From: Thiopseudomonas sp.
GTDB taxonomy: Bacteria > Pseudomonadota > Gammaproteobacteria > Pseudomonadales > Pseudomonadaceae
Length of the DNA: 56,509 nucleotides
Assembly: GCA_035271385.1 (NCBI GenBank)
Contig: DATERP010000008.1
Location: 1-56,509, forward strand
Direction: 5' to 3'
Position 1 is the first letter of the stretch, and every line of letters begins with the position of its first letter. Made by a program: the position numbers and the translations under genes. Below, in pieces: positions 28,360 to 39,276 of the stretch. The notes under the pieces were generated by a model that was not told where the DNA came from, searched no databases, and saw nothing but the letters and a program-made list of their open reading frames with translations.

Positions 28360-29730
28360 TTACACAGCGCGCATTAATTGTTTCCAAGCATTCAGCGTTA
28401 AGACTGTCCCCAGCAACTCTCGACGCGCAACGAGCGCCTCAGCGTCCAGCGGCTGCAAAGCGAGTTGATGTAGCTCACGTAACACACCAAATAAGCGATC
28501 ACTGTCAACGAGGTCTGTAATATGACGAGCAGCCTGTAACCAAGCCAGTAGGCGTTCAATACGTGGCGTCTGCTCAACAAGATCTTCTGGTTGACGCATA
28601 TAGCGATTCACCTGCAGAGCTTGAGCTTCTTCTTTTAAGAACTGCAATAACCAGCTTTCTAATGCTGCAGCACCCTGACGCGCACCACGTGCGGTACGCT
28701 TTTGCTGCCATTGTGCACCCTGCAACCAAACAGCCATCTGCAGTGATAACACCCCCCAGCGCGTATTGTTGAGCTCATTCGCAAACTCCACTGGCGTTGC
28801 CTCTCGTACATCCTGATCATCAGCCCCAGCTAGAATCCGTACACGCCAATCATCAATTAAAGCATCCAACTGTGCACGTAATGCACTACTAGAAGCTCGA
28901 GGTACCGCTTGGCCTAAGCTCGCTAATACAGCACGTAAACTGACCAACTGCTGCAACCATTGCTCGAGCAATTTCCAATGACCATTAAAGCGGTACTGCT
29001 CAGCTAAACGCTGACTGTTACCCAATAACTGCCAAGCCACTGCTGCAAACGCGTCATCTAGCGGCATCTCAGCAGTCAATTCAGCAGGCTGTGCTGCGAC
29101 GCTATAGCTATTGGCATCAAATAAACGATAACCACGCTCCGCTTTACTGATATCACAAGGCATTAACGCCACATCAGCTGCTAATTCCAGCGCTAGCTCA
29201 AATAATGCGGCTGGATCACCTGCGCGCAACTCTAACTCTACTTCGCAAATATCTTCTTGTTGCGTATCCGCAATAACTAAACCTTGATCCAGAGCTACTT
29301 CAACCACAGTCTCTACACCATCGCGCTGCCAGCGTAATTCAGCAAATTGGCGCTTAAAGTCGGTACTGAACACAACCTTTAATTGCTTCTTATCCAACTC
29401 ACGCAAACTTTCAGGCCAGCAACTATCATCAAGATGGCTGAGCACTAAACGATTACTTTTTAAATACCAATCAAACTCATTACGCTCAGATAATCCAGCA
29501 ACACTGGCACCCTTACTCTTTAAAGTTTGGATCAATTGCTCGCCATCACGACGAATGCGCAGCGCCACTTGGCTGTTAGCCAAGGCAAAATCGGCTGTAT
29601 CGTAATACCGGTTAAGCAGTTCACGGGTCTGCCACTCACCTACGCCACGCGCCACTAAACTGGGGTGTTCACGCAGCGTAGCAAGGCTTGTAGGGCTGAT
29701 GCGGAGCTTTATTTCGGTTTCTTTAGCCAT
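28360..29730 (-). CDS. CYTH-domain inorganic triphosphatase (YgiF-like) with CHAD-like C-terminus
   Basis: ETEIKL (ExExK), YYDT, LRIR, EVELEL, SKAERGY. Confidence 0.85.
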   Translation of the reverse strand: MAKETEIKLRISPTSLATLREHPSLVARGVGEWQTRELLNRYYDTADFALANSQVALRIRRDGEQLIQTLKSKGASVAGLSERNEFDWYLKSNRLVLSHLDDSCWPESLRELDKKQLKVVFSTDFKRQFAELRWQRDGVETVVEVALDQGLVIADTQQEDICEVELELRAGDPAALFELALELAADVALMPCDISKAERGYRLFDANSYSVAAQPAELTAEMPLDDAFAAVAWQLLGNSQRLAEQYRFNGHWKLLEQWLQQLVSLRAVLASLGQAVPRASSSALRAQLDALIDDWRVRILAGADDQDVREATPVEFANELNNTRWGVLSLQMAVWLQGAQWQQKRTARGARQGAAALESWLLQFLKEEAQALQVNRYMRQPEDLVEQTPRIERLLAWLQAARHITDLVDSDRLFGVLRELHQLALQPLDAEALVARRELLGTVLTLNAWKQLMRAV

Positions 29731-29835
29731 GTTATTCTCAATTCAAATTGTTGCTAGTGTATCGCTATGCTGGTCGAACCCTATAACAGCATCGTATAAT
29801 CAAGGCTGTCATTAGAAAATCGAGCGCAGCTCTCT

Positions 29836-30513
29836 ATGTCGATAAACCCGTTTGTTAGTTTGTTTGGTCGTTCGCCCATTGGGCCCATGCAGCAGCATAT
29901 TGCTAAAGCACACGAATGTGCTTCAAATCTGGTGCCTTTCTTTCAAGCAGTCATTGCTGAAGATTGGGCGCGTGTTGAGCAAGTACAGCAAGAGATGTCT
30001 CGGCTTGAAAAAGAAGCCGATAAACTCAAGCGCAACGTGCGTATTCACCTACCTAAAAGTCTATTTTTACCAGTGCCGCGTTCAGACTTACTTGAACTGC
30101 TCAGTGTACAGGACAAAGTGGCCAACCGCGCAAAAGACATTGCTGGGTTAATGCTGGGTCGTCAAATGACCATCCCGCAACCACTGCAGCCGATGATTCT
30201 TGCCTTTGTGCAGCGCGTAGTGGATGCCAGTGATCAAGCTCTGACCGCGATGAATGAGTTAGATGAAATTCTGGAAACAGGTTTTGGTAACCGTGAGGTC
30301 AATCGTGTCACTGCCATGATCGAGGTGCTTGAAGAGATTGAGCACGACACGGATCGCATGCAGATTGAAGTACGCCGTACACTTTTCAAGCTGGAAAAAG
30401 ATCTGCCACCTGTCGATGTTATGTTTTTGTACACCATCATCGAATGGATCGGTGATGTGGCTGATCGCGCTGAGCGCATCGGTAACCGATTGGAACAATT
30501 GCTCGCACGCTGA
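29836..30513 (+). CDS. TIGR00153/DUF47 phosphate transport regulator
   Basis: FGRSP, EKEAD, FLPVPRSDLL, EHDTD; upstream of PiT gene. Confidence 0.9.
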   Translation: MSINPFVSLFGRSPIGPMQQHIAKAHECASNLVPFFQAVIAEDWARVEQVQQEMSRLEKEADKLKRNVRIHLPKSLFLPVPRSDLLELLSVQDKVANRAKDIAGLMLGRQMTIPQPLQPMILAFVQRVVDASDQALTAMNELDEILETGFGNREVNRVTAMIEVLEEIEHDTDRMQIEVRRTLFKLEKDLPPVDVMFLYTIIEWIGDVADRAERIGNRLEQLLAR

Positions 30514-30550
30514 TGTATAGCGTGCCCCACCTGGAACAAGCGGATTTTTT

Positions 30551-31816
30551 ATGTCTCTTTTAACAGACTATGGCTTCATACTTCTATTATTGGCCTGTCT
30601 TTTTGGTTTTTTTATGGCGTGGGGCGTGGGTGCCAATGACGTTGCTAACGCCATGGGTACTTCAGTCGGCTCAGGCGCTCTGACCATTAAACAAGCCATT
30701 ATCGTAGCAATGGTATTTGAGTTTTGTGGTGCTTATTTAGCGGGCGGTGAAGTTACTGAGACCATTAAAAACGGCATCGTTGATATCGATGTTATGACTG
30801 CAGATTTATTGGTACTGGGGATGATGTCAGCACTGCTGGCGGCAGGAACATGGCTGCTCATTGCTACAAGCAAAGGCTGGCCGGTCTCTACCACTCATAC
30901 CATTATTGGTGCTGTAGTTGGTTTTGCAGCCTTTGGTGTGTCATTTGATGCTGTGCATTGGAGTGCCATTATTCCAATCACTATGAGCTGGGTGGTCACA
31001 CCATTCTTATCCGGTTTGTTAGCTTTTGGCTTATTTGTTAGCGTACAAAAATTGATTATCAATACTGATAACCCGTTTGAAAATGCTAAACGTTATGTGC
31101 CTTTTTATATGTTTCTAACCGGTTTTATGGTTGCCTTAATGACTCTGTCTAAGGGACTTAAGCATGTTGGTTTAAATATCAATAGTGAGCAAAGCGTAGT
31201 CTTGGCGGTATGTGCGGGACTGCTAGTGATGATGCTTGGTATCTTCTTGCTACGCCGTGTACAAATTGAGCCTAACGCTGACCGCAGCACCTATTTTGCC
31301 AGCGTAGAAAAAGTCTTTGCGACTTTGATGATTTTTACCGCTTGTTCAATGGCGTTCGCGCATGGTGCCAATGACGTAGCTAATGCTGTGGGTCCATTAG
31401 CAGCCATTGCAGGTGTGATTCAAAACAATGGTTTGGCTGAACTAGGTGCCAAATCTGCAGTTCCAGCTTGGGTATTGTTGCTAGGTGCTTTGGGTATTGT
31501 GATTGGTTTAGCAACTTATGGTTATAAAGTGATTGCGACTGTTGGCCGTGGCATCACAGAACTGACTCCAAGCCGTGGTTTTGCAGCTGAACTGGCGACG
31601 GCATCTACAGTAGTAGGCGCATCAGCCATTGGCTTGCCGGTCTCAACCACCCACACTCTAGTTGGTGCTGTATTGGGTATTGGTTTAGCTCGCGGTATCA
31701 GTGCCTTGAACCTGCGTGTAATTGGCTCGATCTTTATGTCATGGGCTATTACCTTGCCGGCTGGTGCTTTCTTAGCCATTGTGTTCTTTAGTATTTTGAA
31801 ACTCATCTTTCTTTAA
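30551..31816 (+). CDS. Inorganic phosphate transporter, PiT family
   Basis: Two GANDVANA and two PVSTTH signature motifs. Confidence 0.95.
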   Translation: MSLLTDYGFILLLLACLFGFFMAWGVGANDVANAMGTSVGSGALTIKQAIIVAMVFEFCGAYLAGGEVTETIKNGIVDIDVMTADLLVLGMMSALLAAGTWLLIATSKGWPVSTTHTIIGAVVGFAAFGVSFDAVHWSAIIPITMSWVVTPFLSGLLAFGLFVSVQKLIINTDNPFENAKRYVPFYMFLTGFMVALMTLSKGLKHVGLNINSEQSVVLAVCAGLLVMMLGIFLLRRVQIEPNADRSTYFASVEKVFATLMIFTACSMAFAHGANDVANAVGPLAAIAGVIQNNGLAELGAKSAVPAWVLLLGALGIVIGLATYGYKVIATVGRGITELTPSRGFAAELATASTVVGASAIGLPVSTTHTLVGAVLGIGLARGISALNLRVIGSIFMSWAITLPAGAFLAIVFFSILKLIFL

Positions 31817-31831
31817 TACTTAAACACTACG

Positions 31832-31868
31832 TTTTTCAGGTCTGCGTGATTGCGCATGACCTGAAAAA
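31832..31868. repeat. Hairpin downstream of PiT gene
   Basis: TTTTTCAGGTC...GACCTGAAAAA; no 3' U-tract on either strand. Confidence 0.55.
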
Positions 31869-31949
31869 ACGGCACTGTTACTGTTCAGTGACAGCTTATA
31901 ATTCTAAATATTAACTCCTTTTTAGCTGTCGCCATGACTGGATGCACTC

Positions 31950-33260
31950 ATGCACGATTACGTTAACTCGCTACGTCACTCTTTACCTTATATTAACGCT
32001 CACCGTGAGCGCACTTTTGTGGTGATGCTGCCCGGTGAAAGCATCGCCCATGAGAACTTTGGCAACACCATCCATGACTTAGTCTTACTGCACAGCTTAG
32101 GTGTACGTTTGGTCTTGGTGTTTGGTTCGCGCCCACAAATTGAGGCGCGCCTGACTCTGCAAGGTTTAGAGTCCCACTACCATCAAGATTTACGCATTAC
32201 CGATACGGCTACGTTGAGCTGCGTTCTGGATGCGGTAGGCCAATTGCGCGCGGCGATCGAAGCCCGTTTATCCATGGATATGGCCGCCTCACCCATGCAC
32301 GGTGCGCGCTTGCGTGTGGCTGGCGGTAACTTTGTCACCGCACGGCCTTTGGGGGTCATTGATGGCGTGGACTATCAACACACTGGCGAAGTACGCCGTA
32401 TTGATAGTAAAGGCATCAAGCGCTTACTCGATGACCGCACCATTGTCCTGTTACCCCCCATAGGTTACTCACCAACGGGCGAGACATTTAACCTAGCCAG
32501 TGAAGATATCGCTACGCGCGCAGCGATTGAACTCGAGGCGGATAAGTTACTGTTATTCAGCGCTGAGCAAGGCTTACTTGATATCAATGGTACATTGATT
32601 CGTGAGTTACCTACTCTGCATGCCGAACAACATATCCAACGCTTTAAAACCCACAAGCAACTAGAACAAGCTGAGCTATTGCAGGCTGCAGTCAGCGCTT
32701 GCCGTGGTGGCGTTCAGCGCTGTCATATTATTAGTTACCATGCCGATGGTGCGCTACTTACAGAAATGTTCACTCGCGATGGTTGTGGCACCTTGGTTGA
32801 TGAGGGTCAATTCGAACAAGTACGTGAAGCGCAGATTGAAGATGTGGGCGGGCTCTTAGAGCTTATTCGTCCACTGGAAGAACAAGGCATTCTAGTGCGC
32901 CGTTCGCGCGATCTGCTTGAACGTGAAATCACTCAATTTAGTATTGTTGAGCGCGATGGTTTGATTATCGCTTGTGCAGCACTGTACCCATTCCCCGAGC
33001 AAGCCACTGGGGAACTGGCTTGTTTAGCTGTGCATCCTGAATACCGTCACGGTGGTCATGGCGATATATTACTGGAACGTATTGAGAAACGCGCTCGTAA
33101 TTTACAGCTCAATTCACTGTTTGTACTGACAACACGCACCGCTCACTGGTTTCAAGAACGCGGCTTCCAGAGTTGTGCTGTTGAACAACTACCGCAGACT
33201 AAAGCCTCTTTATACAATTTTCAGCGTAACTCTAAAGTCTTTAGAAAAACCTTGGACTAA
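31950..33260 (+). CDS. argA: Amino-acid N-acetyltransferase (N-acetylglutamate synthase)
   Basis: PYINAHR, AAK domain, FTRDGCGT, GNAT domain with LTTRTAHWF and RNSK. Confidence 0.96.
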   Translation: MHDYVNSLRHSLPYINAHRERTFVVMLPGESIAHENFGNTIHDLVLLHSLGVRLVLVFGSRPQIEARLTLQGLESHYHQDLRITDTATLSCVLDAVGQLRAAIEARLSMDMAASPMHGARLRVAGGNFVTARPLGVIDGVDYQHTGEVRRIDSKGIKRLLDDRTIVLLPPIGYSPTGETFNLASEDIATRAAIELEADKLLLFSAEQGLLDINGTLIRELPTLHAEQHIQRFKTHKQLEQAELLQAAVSACRGGVQRCHIISYHADGALLTEMFTRDGCGTLVDEGQFEQVREAQIEDVGGLLELIRPLEEQGILVRRSRDLLEREITQFSIVERDGLIIACAALYPFPEQATGELACLAVHPEYRHGGHGDILLERIEKRARNLQLNSLFVLTTRTAHWFQERGFQSCAVEQLPQTKASLYNFQRNSKVFRKTLD

Positions 33261-33389
33261 TGGTGTTTATCCTTAAAAGTCATTAGAGTGTTGATATGTT
33301 GCTATTTATTTGATACTTAGCGGCTAACAACACAGTACAGCAGCTCAAAAGACTCTGCGCTGTGTTTACAATAATTAAGGAGAACTCCC

Positions 33390-34364
33390 ATGATCAAAGG
33401 CAAAACCCTCGCATGGGCACTGTCCATGACCCTAGCTGGTATGAGCTTAAGTGGTATGGTGCAGGCCGAAGAAAAGTACGTCACTATTGGTACTGGCGGA
33501 CAAACCGGCGTGTACTACGTTGCTGGCCAATCTATTTGTCGCTTTATCAACCGTGACAGTAAGAAAACCGGCGTACGCTGCAATGCTCCAGCTAGTGGTG
33601 GCGGTGTTGCTAACGTTAACGGTATTCGTAGTGGCGAATTTAACTTTGGCGTCATGCAATCAGACCACCAATACAAAGCGATGAAAGGTCTTGCACCTTT
33701 TGCAGCTGAAGGTCCAATGGACGATATGCGTGCATTATTCTCACTGCAGAGTGAAGTATTCACTGTATTAGCTCGCCGTGACTCTCATATCGCCAACTTC
33801 AATGATTTAAAAGGTAAGCGCGTTAATATCGGTAACCCAGGTTCCGGTCAGCGTGACACTCTTGAAGAAATCATGCAGAAAAAAGGCTGGACTAATAAAA
33901 GCTTTGCTTTAGCTTCGGAGCTTAAACCCGCCGAACAAGCCAGCGCACTCAATGACAACAACATTGATGCTATGACTTACTTTGTTGGTCACCCCAATGG
34001 TGCAATTCAAGAAGCAACCACTACGGTTGATGCTGTTTTAGTGCCAGTGACAGGACCAGAGATTGATGCTTTGTTAGCTGAAAAAAGCTACTACACCAAA
34101 GCTGAAATCCCAGGTGGTATCTATACTGGTAACGACCTGCCGACCCCTTCTATTGGTGGTAAAGCAGTACTCTCAACCAGTAGCAAAGTCAGTGACGACT
34201 TAGTTTATCAACTGGTTAAATCTGTATTTGACAACCTCGATCGCTTCAAGCGTCTGCACCCTGCATTTAAAGATTTAAAAGCTGAAGAAATGATTGAAGC
34301 AGGATTATCAGCGCCGTTGCATGACGGTGCGATTCGTTACTACAAAGAGCGTGGCTGGTTATAA
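33390..34364 (+). CDS. TAXI-family TRAP solute-binding protein
   Basis: IGTGGQTGVYY, DLKGKRVNIGNPGSG, PLHDGAIRYYKE. Confidence 0.92.
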   Translation: MIKGKTLAWALSMTLAGMSLSGMVQAEEKYVTIGTGGQTGVYYVAGQSICRFINRDSKKTGVRCNAPASGGGVANVNGIRSGEFNFGVMQSDHQYKAMKGLAPFAAEGPMDDMRALFSLQSEVFTVLARRDSHIANFNDLKGKRVNIGNPGSGQRDTLEEIMQKKGWTNKSFALASELKPAEQASALNDNNIDAMTYFVGHPNGAIQEATTTVDAVLVPVTGPEIDALLAEKSYYTKAEIPGGIYTGNDLPTPSIGGKAVLSTSSKVSDDLVYQLVKSVFDNLDRFKRLHPAFKDLKAEEMIEAGLSAPLHDGAIRYYKERGWL

Positions 34365-34395
34365 CTGTCCACGACTGGAAGTTGTTGCACCATCT

Positions 34396-34431
34396 CAATA
34401 CGTCGGCGCTAAACTCAGTGCTGACGTATTG
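34396..34431 (+). repeat. Intercistronic hairpin after the TAXI binding-protein gene
   Basis: CAATACGTCGGCGCT...AGTGCTGACGTATTG with G-U pairs; probable mRNA-stabilising stem. Confidence 0.55.
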
Positions 34432-34462
34432 GCTTCTTTAGATTTTAAGCAGGTTAGCTGCC

Positions 34463-37054
34463 ATGTCCGACAAACATATTTCCGCCGAAGAACTTATTGC
34501 ACAAGACTCAGGCGCACGTTTACCTGACGGCGTGATGGCGCATGTTATTGCCAGCCTTGCTTTACTCTGGTCAATGTTCCAACTGTGGATTGCTTCACCA
34601 CTACCCTTTATATTTCGTATCGGTGTATTTAACGATACTGAAACACGCTCGATTCACTTAACATTTGCGCTGTTACTGGCATTTCTAGCTTATCCAGCCT
34701 TTAAACGCTCCCCGCGCAATCGCGTCCCCTTACAGGATATTGCTCTGGGCTTAATTGCTGCTGCGAGTGCTGCTTATTTATTTATTTTTTATAAAGATTT
34801 ATCGCTACGTCCAGGCAGCTTAACCACCTTTGACTTAGTCACCGCCTGTATCGGTGTTCCTTTATTGCTCGAGGCTACACGCCGTACTTTAGGGCCACCA
34901 CTGGCCATTATTGCCTTACTGTTCTTAACTTATAGTGTCGCCGGACCTTATATGCCGGACATGCTCGCGCATCGCGGTGTCAGTTTTACTGCGCTGGCCA
35001 ACCACCAATGGATCACTACTGAAGGTGTATTTGGTATTGCTCTGGGTGTCTCTACTAGCTTTGTTTTCTTATTTGTACTCTTTGGCGCTTTACTAGAGCG
35101 TGCTGGTGCCGGTAACTATTTTATTCAGCTCGCTTTTAGCTTATTAGGTCATATGCGTGGCGGCCCTGCTAAAGCAGCTGTTGTAGCCTCTGGTTTGACG
35201 GGAATGATTTCAGGTTCCTCAATAGCCAACGTTGTGACCACGGGTACCTTTACCATTCCAATGATGAAGCGCGTTGGTTTTTCATCTGAAAAAGCCGGTG
35301 CTGTAGAAGTTGCCTCATCAGTGAACGGACAGATTATGCCGCCAGTCATGGGCGCTGCTGCATTTTTAATGGTCGAGTATGTCGGTATTCCCTATGTAGA
35401 AATCATTAAACATGCATTTTTGCCAGCGGCAATTTCCTATATCGCACTGCTCTATATTGTGCATTTAGAAGCCCTAAAACTGGGTATGCAGCCAATAGGA
35501 AACCATAAGCCTAAACCTTGGCTGCGCCGCTTAACAGGCTTTGCCTTTGGCGCTGCTTTGATTTCTGGTATCTCATTATTTGTGTACTACGGCTTAGGTT
35601 GGCTCAAGCCTGCTTTGGGTGAGCACGCACTCTTAGGTATTGGTATTTTATTAGCAGCAACTTACCTTGGCTTACTCAAAGTTGCTGCCAGTAATCCGCC
35701 GCTACCTGCAGAAGATCCTGATAAGCCACTAGAAGAGCTACCCAAAACACGGACCGTTTTACTATCTGGCTTACATTTTATTTTGCCGGTTGTAGTGCTT
35801 GTTTGGTGCTTGATGGTTGAACGCTTATCCCCTGGCCTATCGGCGTTTTGGGGTAGCGTGATGCTTATCTTTATTCTGCTCACACAACGCCCTATTTTGA
35901 CTTGGATGCGCACTGATCGCAGCTATGACCATGGCGGTTGGACAGATGGCATCATTGATCTACGTGAAGGCATGATTGCCGGCGCGCGCAATATGATTGG
36001 TATTGGTATTGCGACTGCAGCAGCAGGGGTCATCGTTGGTGCCGTATCACAAACTGGCGTCGGCTTAGTACTGGCAGACTTAGTCGAATTACTCTCCATG
36101 GGTAATTTACTGTTGATGCTACTGTTTACCGCTGTATTCAGCTTGATTCTGGGCATGGGTTTACCGACCACAGCTAACTATATAGTCGTGTCGAGCTTAT
36201 TAGCACCGGTGATTGTGACCTTGGGCCAACAAAACGGTTTAATCGTGCCGCTGATTGCTGTGCACCTCTTTGTCTTCTATTTCGGCATTATGGCTGACGT
36301 CACTCCACCTGTGGGGCTGGCCTCATTCGCTGCAGCCGCAGTTTCAAAAGGGGATCCGATTAAAACAGGGATACAGGCTTTCTATTACAGTTTACGTACC
36401 GCTGCCCTGCCGTTCTTATTTATCTTCAATACAGATTTACTACTGATTAATATTGGTGTGATGCACGGTATTTTAATCTTTATTGTCGCGACCATAGCCA
36501 TGCTGATTTTTGCAGCGGGCACCCAAGGTTGGTTTATCACCCGCAGCCGTTGGTATGAAAGCGCCTTACTCTTATTAGTTGCCTTTACTTTATTCCGCCC
36601 AGGCTTCTGGATGGATATTGCCCATGACCCTTATCAGGACATTCCACCTAGTCAGTTACAGCAAGCCTTAGGCGCTGTCGATGAAGGCAGCCAACTGCGC
36701 TTGCGTATCCAAGGTGAAGATGAACTGGGCGAGCCACGGGAGTTTGTTGTATTACTACCAGTGCCCGCCGGTGATAGCGCAGATACGCGCATGCAAGCAC
36801 TCGGTTTAAGTCTGATTGAAGAAGACGGGAGAACATTAGTGGATAGCGTCACGTTTGCCAGCCAAGCTGCTGATCTAGGTCTCGAGTTTGATCAGCAAAT
36901 ATTACTTGTGCGCGCTCCCACTGATCGGATGCCTAAAGAAATAATGTGGATACCCGGTCTATTATTACTTCTGGTTGTGAGCACATTGCAGTGGCGTAGA
37001 AAACGTAGAACACAACTAGGCTTACGCAATAACGAGAGAATGGTCTCTCATTAA
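34463..37054 (+). CDS. TRAP transporter fused 4TM/12TM permease with DUF3394-like tail
   Basis: RGGPAKAAV, SGSSIANV, IMPPVMGAAAF, GMGLPT, DVTPPVGLA. Confidence 0.93.
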   Translation: MSDKHISAEELIAQDSGARLPDGVMAHVIASLALLWSMFQLWIASPLPFIFRIGVFNDTETRSIHLTFALLLAFLAYPAFKRSPRNRVPLQDIALGLIAAASAAYLFIFYKDLSLRPGSLTTFDLVTACIGVPLLLEATRRTLGPPLAIIALLFLTYSVAGPYMPDMLAHRGVSFTALANHQWITTEGVFGIALGVSTSFVFLFVLFGALLERAGAGNYFIQLAFSLLGHMRGGPAKAAVVASGLTGMISGSSIANVVTTGTFTIPMMKRVGFSSEKAGAVEVASSVNGQIMPPVMGAAAFLMVEYVGIPYVEIIKHAFLPAAISYIALLYIVHLEALKLGMQPIGNHKPKPWLRRLTGFAFGAALISGISLFVYYGLGWLKPALGEHALLGIGILLAATYLGLLKVAASNPPLPAEDPDKPLEELPKTRTVLLSGLHFILPVVVLVWCLMVERLSPGLSAFWGSVMLIFILLTQRPILTWMRTDRSYDHGGWTDGIIDLREGMIAGARNMIGIGIATAAAGVIVGAVSQTGVGLVLADLVELLSMGNLLLMLLFTAVFSLILGMGLPTTANYIVVSSLLAPVIVTLGQQNGLIVPLIAVHLFVFYFGIMADVTPPVGLASFAAAAVSKGDPIKTGIQAFYYSLRTAALPFLFIFNTDLLLINIGVMHGILIFIVATIAMLIFAAGTQGWFITRSRWYESALLLLVAFTLFRPGFWMDIAHDPYQDIPPSQLQQALGAVDEGSQLRLRIQGEDELGEPREFVVLLPVPAGDSADTRMQALGLSLIEEDGRTLVDSVTFASQAADLGLEFDQQILLVRAPTDRMPKEIMWIPGLLLLLVVSTLQWRRKRRTQLGLRNNERMVSH

Positions 37055-37075
37055 TTTAAAACATTTAGGTACAGC

Positions 37076-38098
37076 ATGAAGCAATCTATATTAGTTACCG
37101 GTGGTGCAGGCTATATCGGCTCACATACCACTTTAGCCCTGCTGGAAGCAGGGCATGATGTCATTGTTTTAGATAACTTAGCTAATAGCTCGCAGGAGTC
37201 ACTGCGTCGTGTTGAGCGTATTTGTGGTAAAACGGCCACATTTATTGAAGGTGATATTCGGGATCGCGAATTACTCGATTCAATTTTTGCTCGTCACTCG
37301 ATTCAAGCTGTCTTACATTTTGCCGGTTTAAAAGCTGTTGGAGAAAGCGTACAACAACCACTGGCTTATTATGAAAACAATGTCAGCGGCAGTGTTGTCT
37401 TATTTCAAGCCATGGCTGCAGCAAATGTTTTTAACTTGGTATTCAGTTCTTCTGCTACGGTTTATGGCGAACCTAAAGAAATGCCAATCAGCGAAAGTTG
37501 CCCAACCGGTACACCTACCAATCCTTATGGTCGCTCCAAATTGATGGTGGAAGAAATACTCCGTGATCTCGCAATTTCAGAATCACGCTGGAGTATCGCT
37601 TTGCTACGCTACTTTAACCCAGTAGGTGCACACGCCAGCGGACTGATTGGTGAAGACCCAAATGGTATTCCAAATAATCTAGTTCCCTATATCAGCCAAG
37701 TTGCTGTGGGTAAACTGCAGCAGCTTTCTGTATACGGTAACGACTATCCAACTGTAGATGGCACTGGTGTGCGTGATTATATTCATGTTGTCGACTTGGC
37801 GAAGGGTCACTTAAAAGCTCTGGATAAAATTACCGATTCGCAAGGTGTCCATATCTGGAATTTAGGCACTGGACAGGGTTATAGCGTATTGCAGATGGTT
37901 AACGCTTTTGAACAGGCTGCTGGCGTAAAAGTACCCTATGCTTTAGTTGCACGGCGCAGCGGTGACATCGCTGAGTGCTGGGCTGACCCGAAAAAGGCGG
38001 CACGCGAGCTGGGCTGGACAGCAGAGCATAGCTTGGACGATATGATGCTTGATACCTGGCGCTGGCAGCAAAACAATCCCAATGGGTTTAGTCAGTAA
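37076..38098 (+). CDS. galE: UDP-glucose 4-epimerase
   Basis: [51 protein letters not shown]. Confidence 0.96.
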   Translation: MKQSILVTGGAGYIGSHTTLALLEAGHDVIVLDNLANSSQESLRRVERICGKTATFIEGDIRDRELLDSIFARHSIQAVLHFAGLKAVGESVQQPLAYYENNVSGSVVLFQAMAAANVFNLVFSSSATVYGEPKEMPISESCPTGTPTNPYGRSKLMVEEILRDLAISESRWSIALLRYFNPVGAHASGLIGEDPNGIPNNLVPYISQVAVGKLQQLSVYGNDYPTVDGTGVRDYIHVVDLAKGHLKALDKITDSQGVHIWNLGTGQGYSVLQMVNAFEQAAGVKVPYALVARRSGDIAECWADPKKAARELGWTAEHSLDDMMLDTWRWQQNNPNGFSQ

Positions 38099-38134
38099 AC
38101 GTAGCCGTGTGCGTAGCACTATACTTAACTGCTT

Positions 38135-38187
38135 AAAAAATAGCCGCCTTACTGCTGAGTTAAACCTCAGATTGCAAGGCGGCTATT
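38135..38187 (-). terminator. Intrinsic terminator of the liv-like operon
   Basis: TAGCCGCCTT...AAGGCGGCTA with a U6 tract on the minus strand. Confidence 0.7.
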
Positions 38188-38270
38188 GCTTTAAAAACAC
38201 TTAGGAGTACTAAGTACTGATGGTTTCGGTTTGTCACAACACAAATACCTATACCGCATCCTTGTCAGTG

Positions 38271-39275
38271 TTATTTAAAGTTCTTCTGGATCAGCTTATT
38301 GAGCCAACCGACGATGCCCGCACGGAACATCAATACGCAAATAACGAAAATCCCCCCTAAAATCACATGCACCCATTCGCCAAGCGGGCCGCTACTCAAA
38401 TAAGTTTGTAATGTAACGACAATCGTCGCGCCAACAAAAGGCCCAAGTACAGTACCTACACCACCCAGTAAGGTCATCAGAATCACTTCACCTGACATAT
38501 GCCAATGTGCATCAGTTAACGAAGCTAACTGGAAGACCACCGTTTTAGTCGAACCTGCTAAGCCTGTTAAGGCGGCTGAGAGTACAAAGGCGAGCAGCTT
38601 ATGGGCGTCAACGTTATAACCAAGGGATACTGCTCGCGGCTCATTTTCACGAATTGCTTTTAGTACTTGACCGTAAGGTGAATGAATCGTGCGTTGAATA
38701 AGCAGAAAGCCAAAGACAAACACGGCTAAAACAAAGTAGTACATATTGAGATTATCTTTTAGGTCGATAAACCCAAATAAATGCCCACGTGGCACCCCTT
38801 GTAGACCATTCTCACCGCCAGTAAAACTAGACTGCATAAACATAAAGAATACGAGTTGCGCTAAAGCCAAGGTAATCATCGCAAAGTAAATACCTTGCCT
38901 ACGAATCGCCAATAAACCAAAGCCTAGGCCTAATAATGCAGACGCTGCAGTTCCGGCTAAAATACCCAACTCAGTGCCTAAGCCACTGTATTCAGTTAAG
39001 ACAAAACCAGTGATATAGCCACCCGTCGCTAAAAAGGCAGCGTGGCCAAATGACAAGAGCCCTGCATAACCTAAAAGCAGATTAAACGCGCATGCAAATA
39101 AGGCAAAACACAGTAATTTCATTAGAAATACGGGGTAAATGCCAAAGGGCGCAACCAGAGCGATGGCGATAAACACTGCAAAGAACACTTTATTACGACG
39201 ACTTGCAGCAATCCGACGTTCACGCTCAACACGTATACGCTGTTGTTGTGCCGGGTTTTTGATCGCTTCAGACAT
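38271..39275 (-). CDS. Branched-chain amino acid-type ABC permease (LivM-like)
   Basis: GYAGLLSFGHAAF, YFAMITLA, TGGENG, AIRENE. Confidence 0.9.
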   Translation of the reverse strand: MSEAIKNPAQQQRIRVERERRIAASRRNKVFFAVFIAIALVAPFGIYPVFLMKLLCFALFACAFNLLLGYAGLLSFGHAAFLATGGYITGFVLTEYSGLGTELGILAGTAASALLGLGFGLLAIRRQGIYFAMITLALAQLVFFMFMQSSFTGGENGLQGVPRGHLFGFIDLKDNLNMYYFVLAVFVFGFLLIQRTIHSPYGQVLKAIRENEPRAVSLGYNVDAHKLLAFVLSAALTGLAGSTKTVVFQLASLTDAHWHMSGEVILMTLLGGVGTVLGPFVGATIVVTLQTYLSSGPLGEWVHVILGGIFVICVLMFRAGIVGWLNKLIQKNFK

Positions 39276-39276
39276 G

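Noticed and set aside
28360-31816. CYTH / DUF47 / PiT cluster as a new phosphate system
   Set aside because: A widely conserved gammaproteobacterial arrangement; nothing unusual seen here.
31927-31942. TGTCGC as an ArgR half-site before argA
   Set aside because: The rest of the Pseudomonas ArgR consensus and a second half-site are missing.
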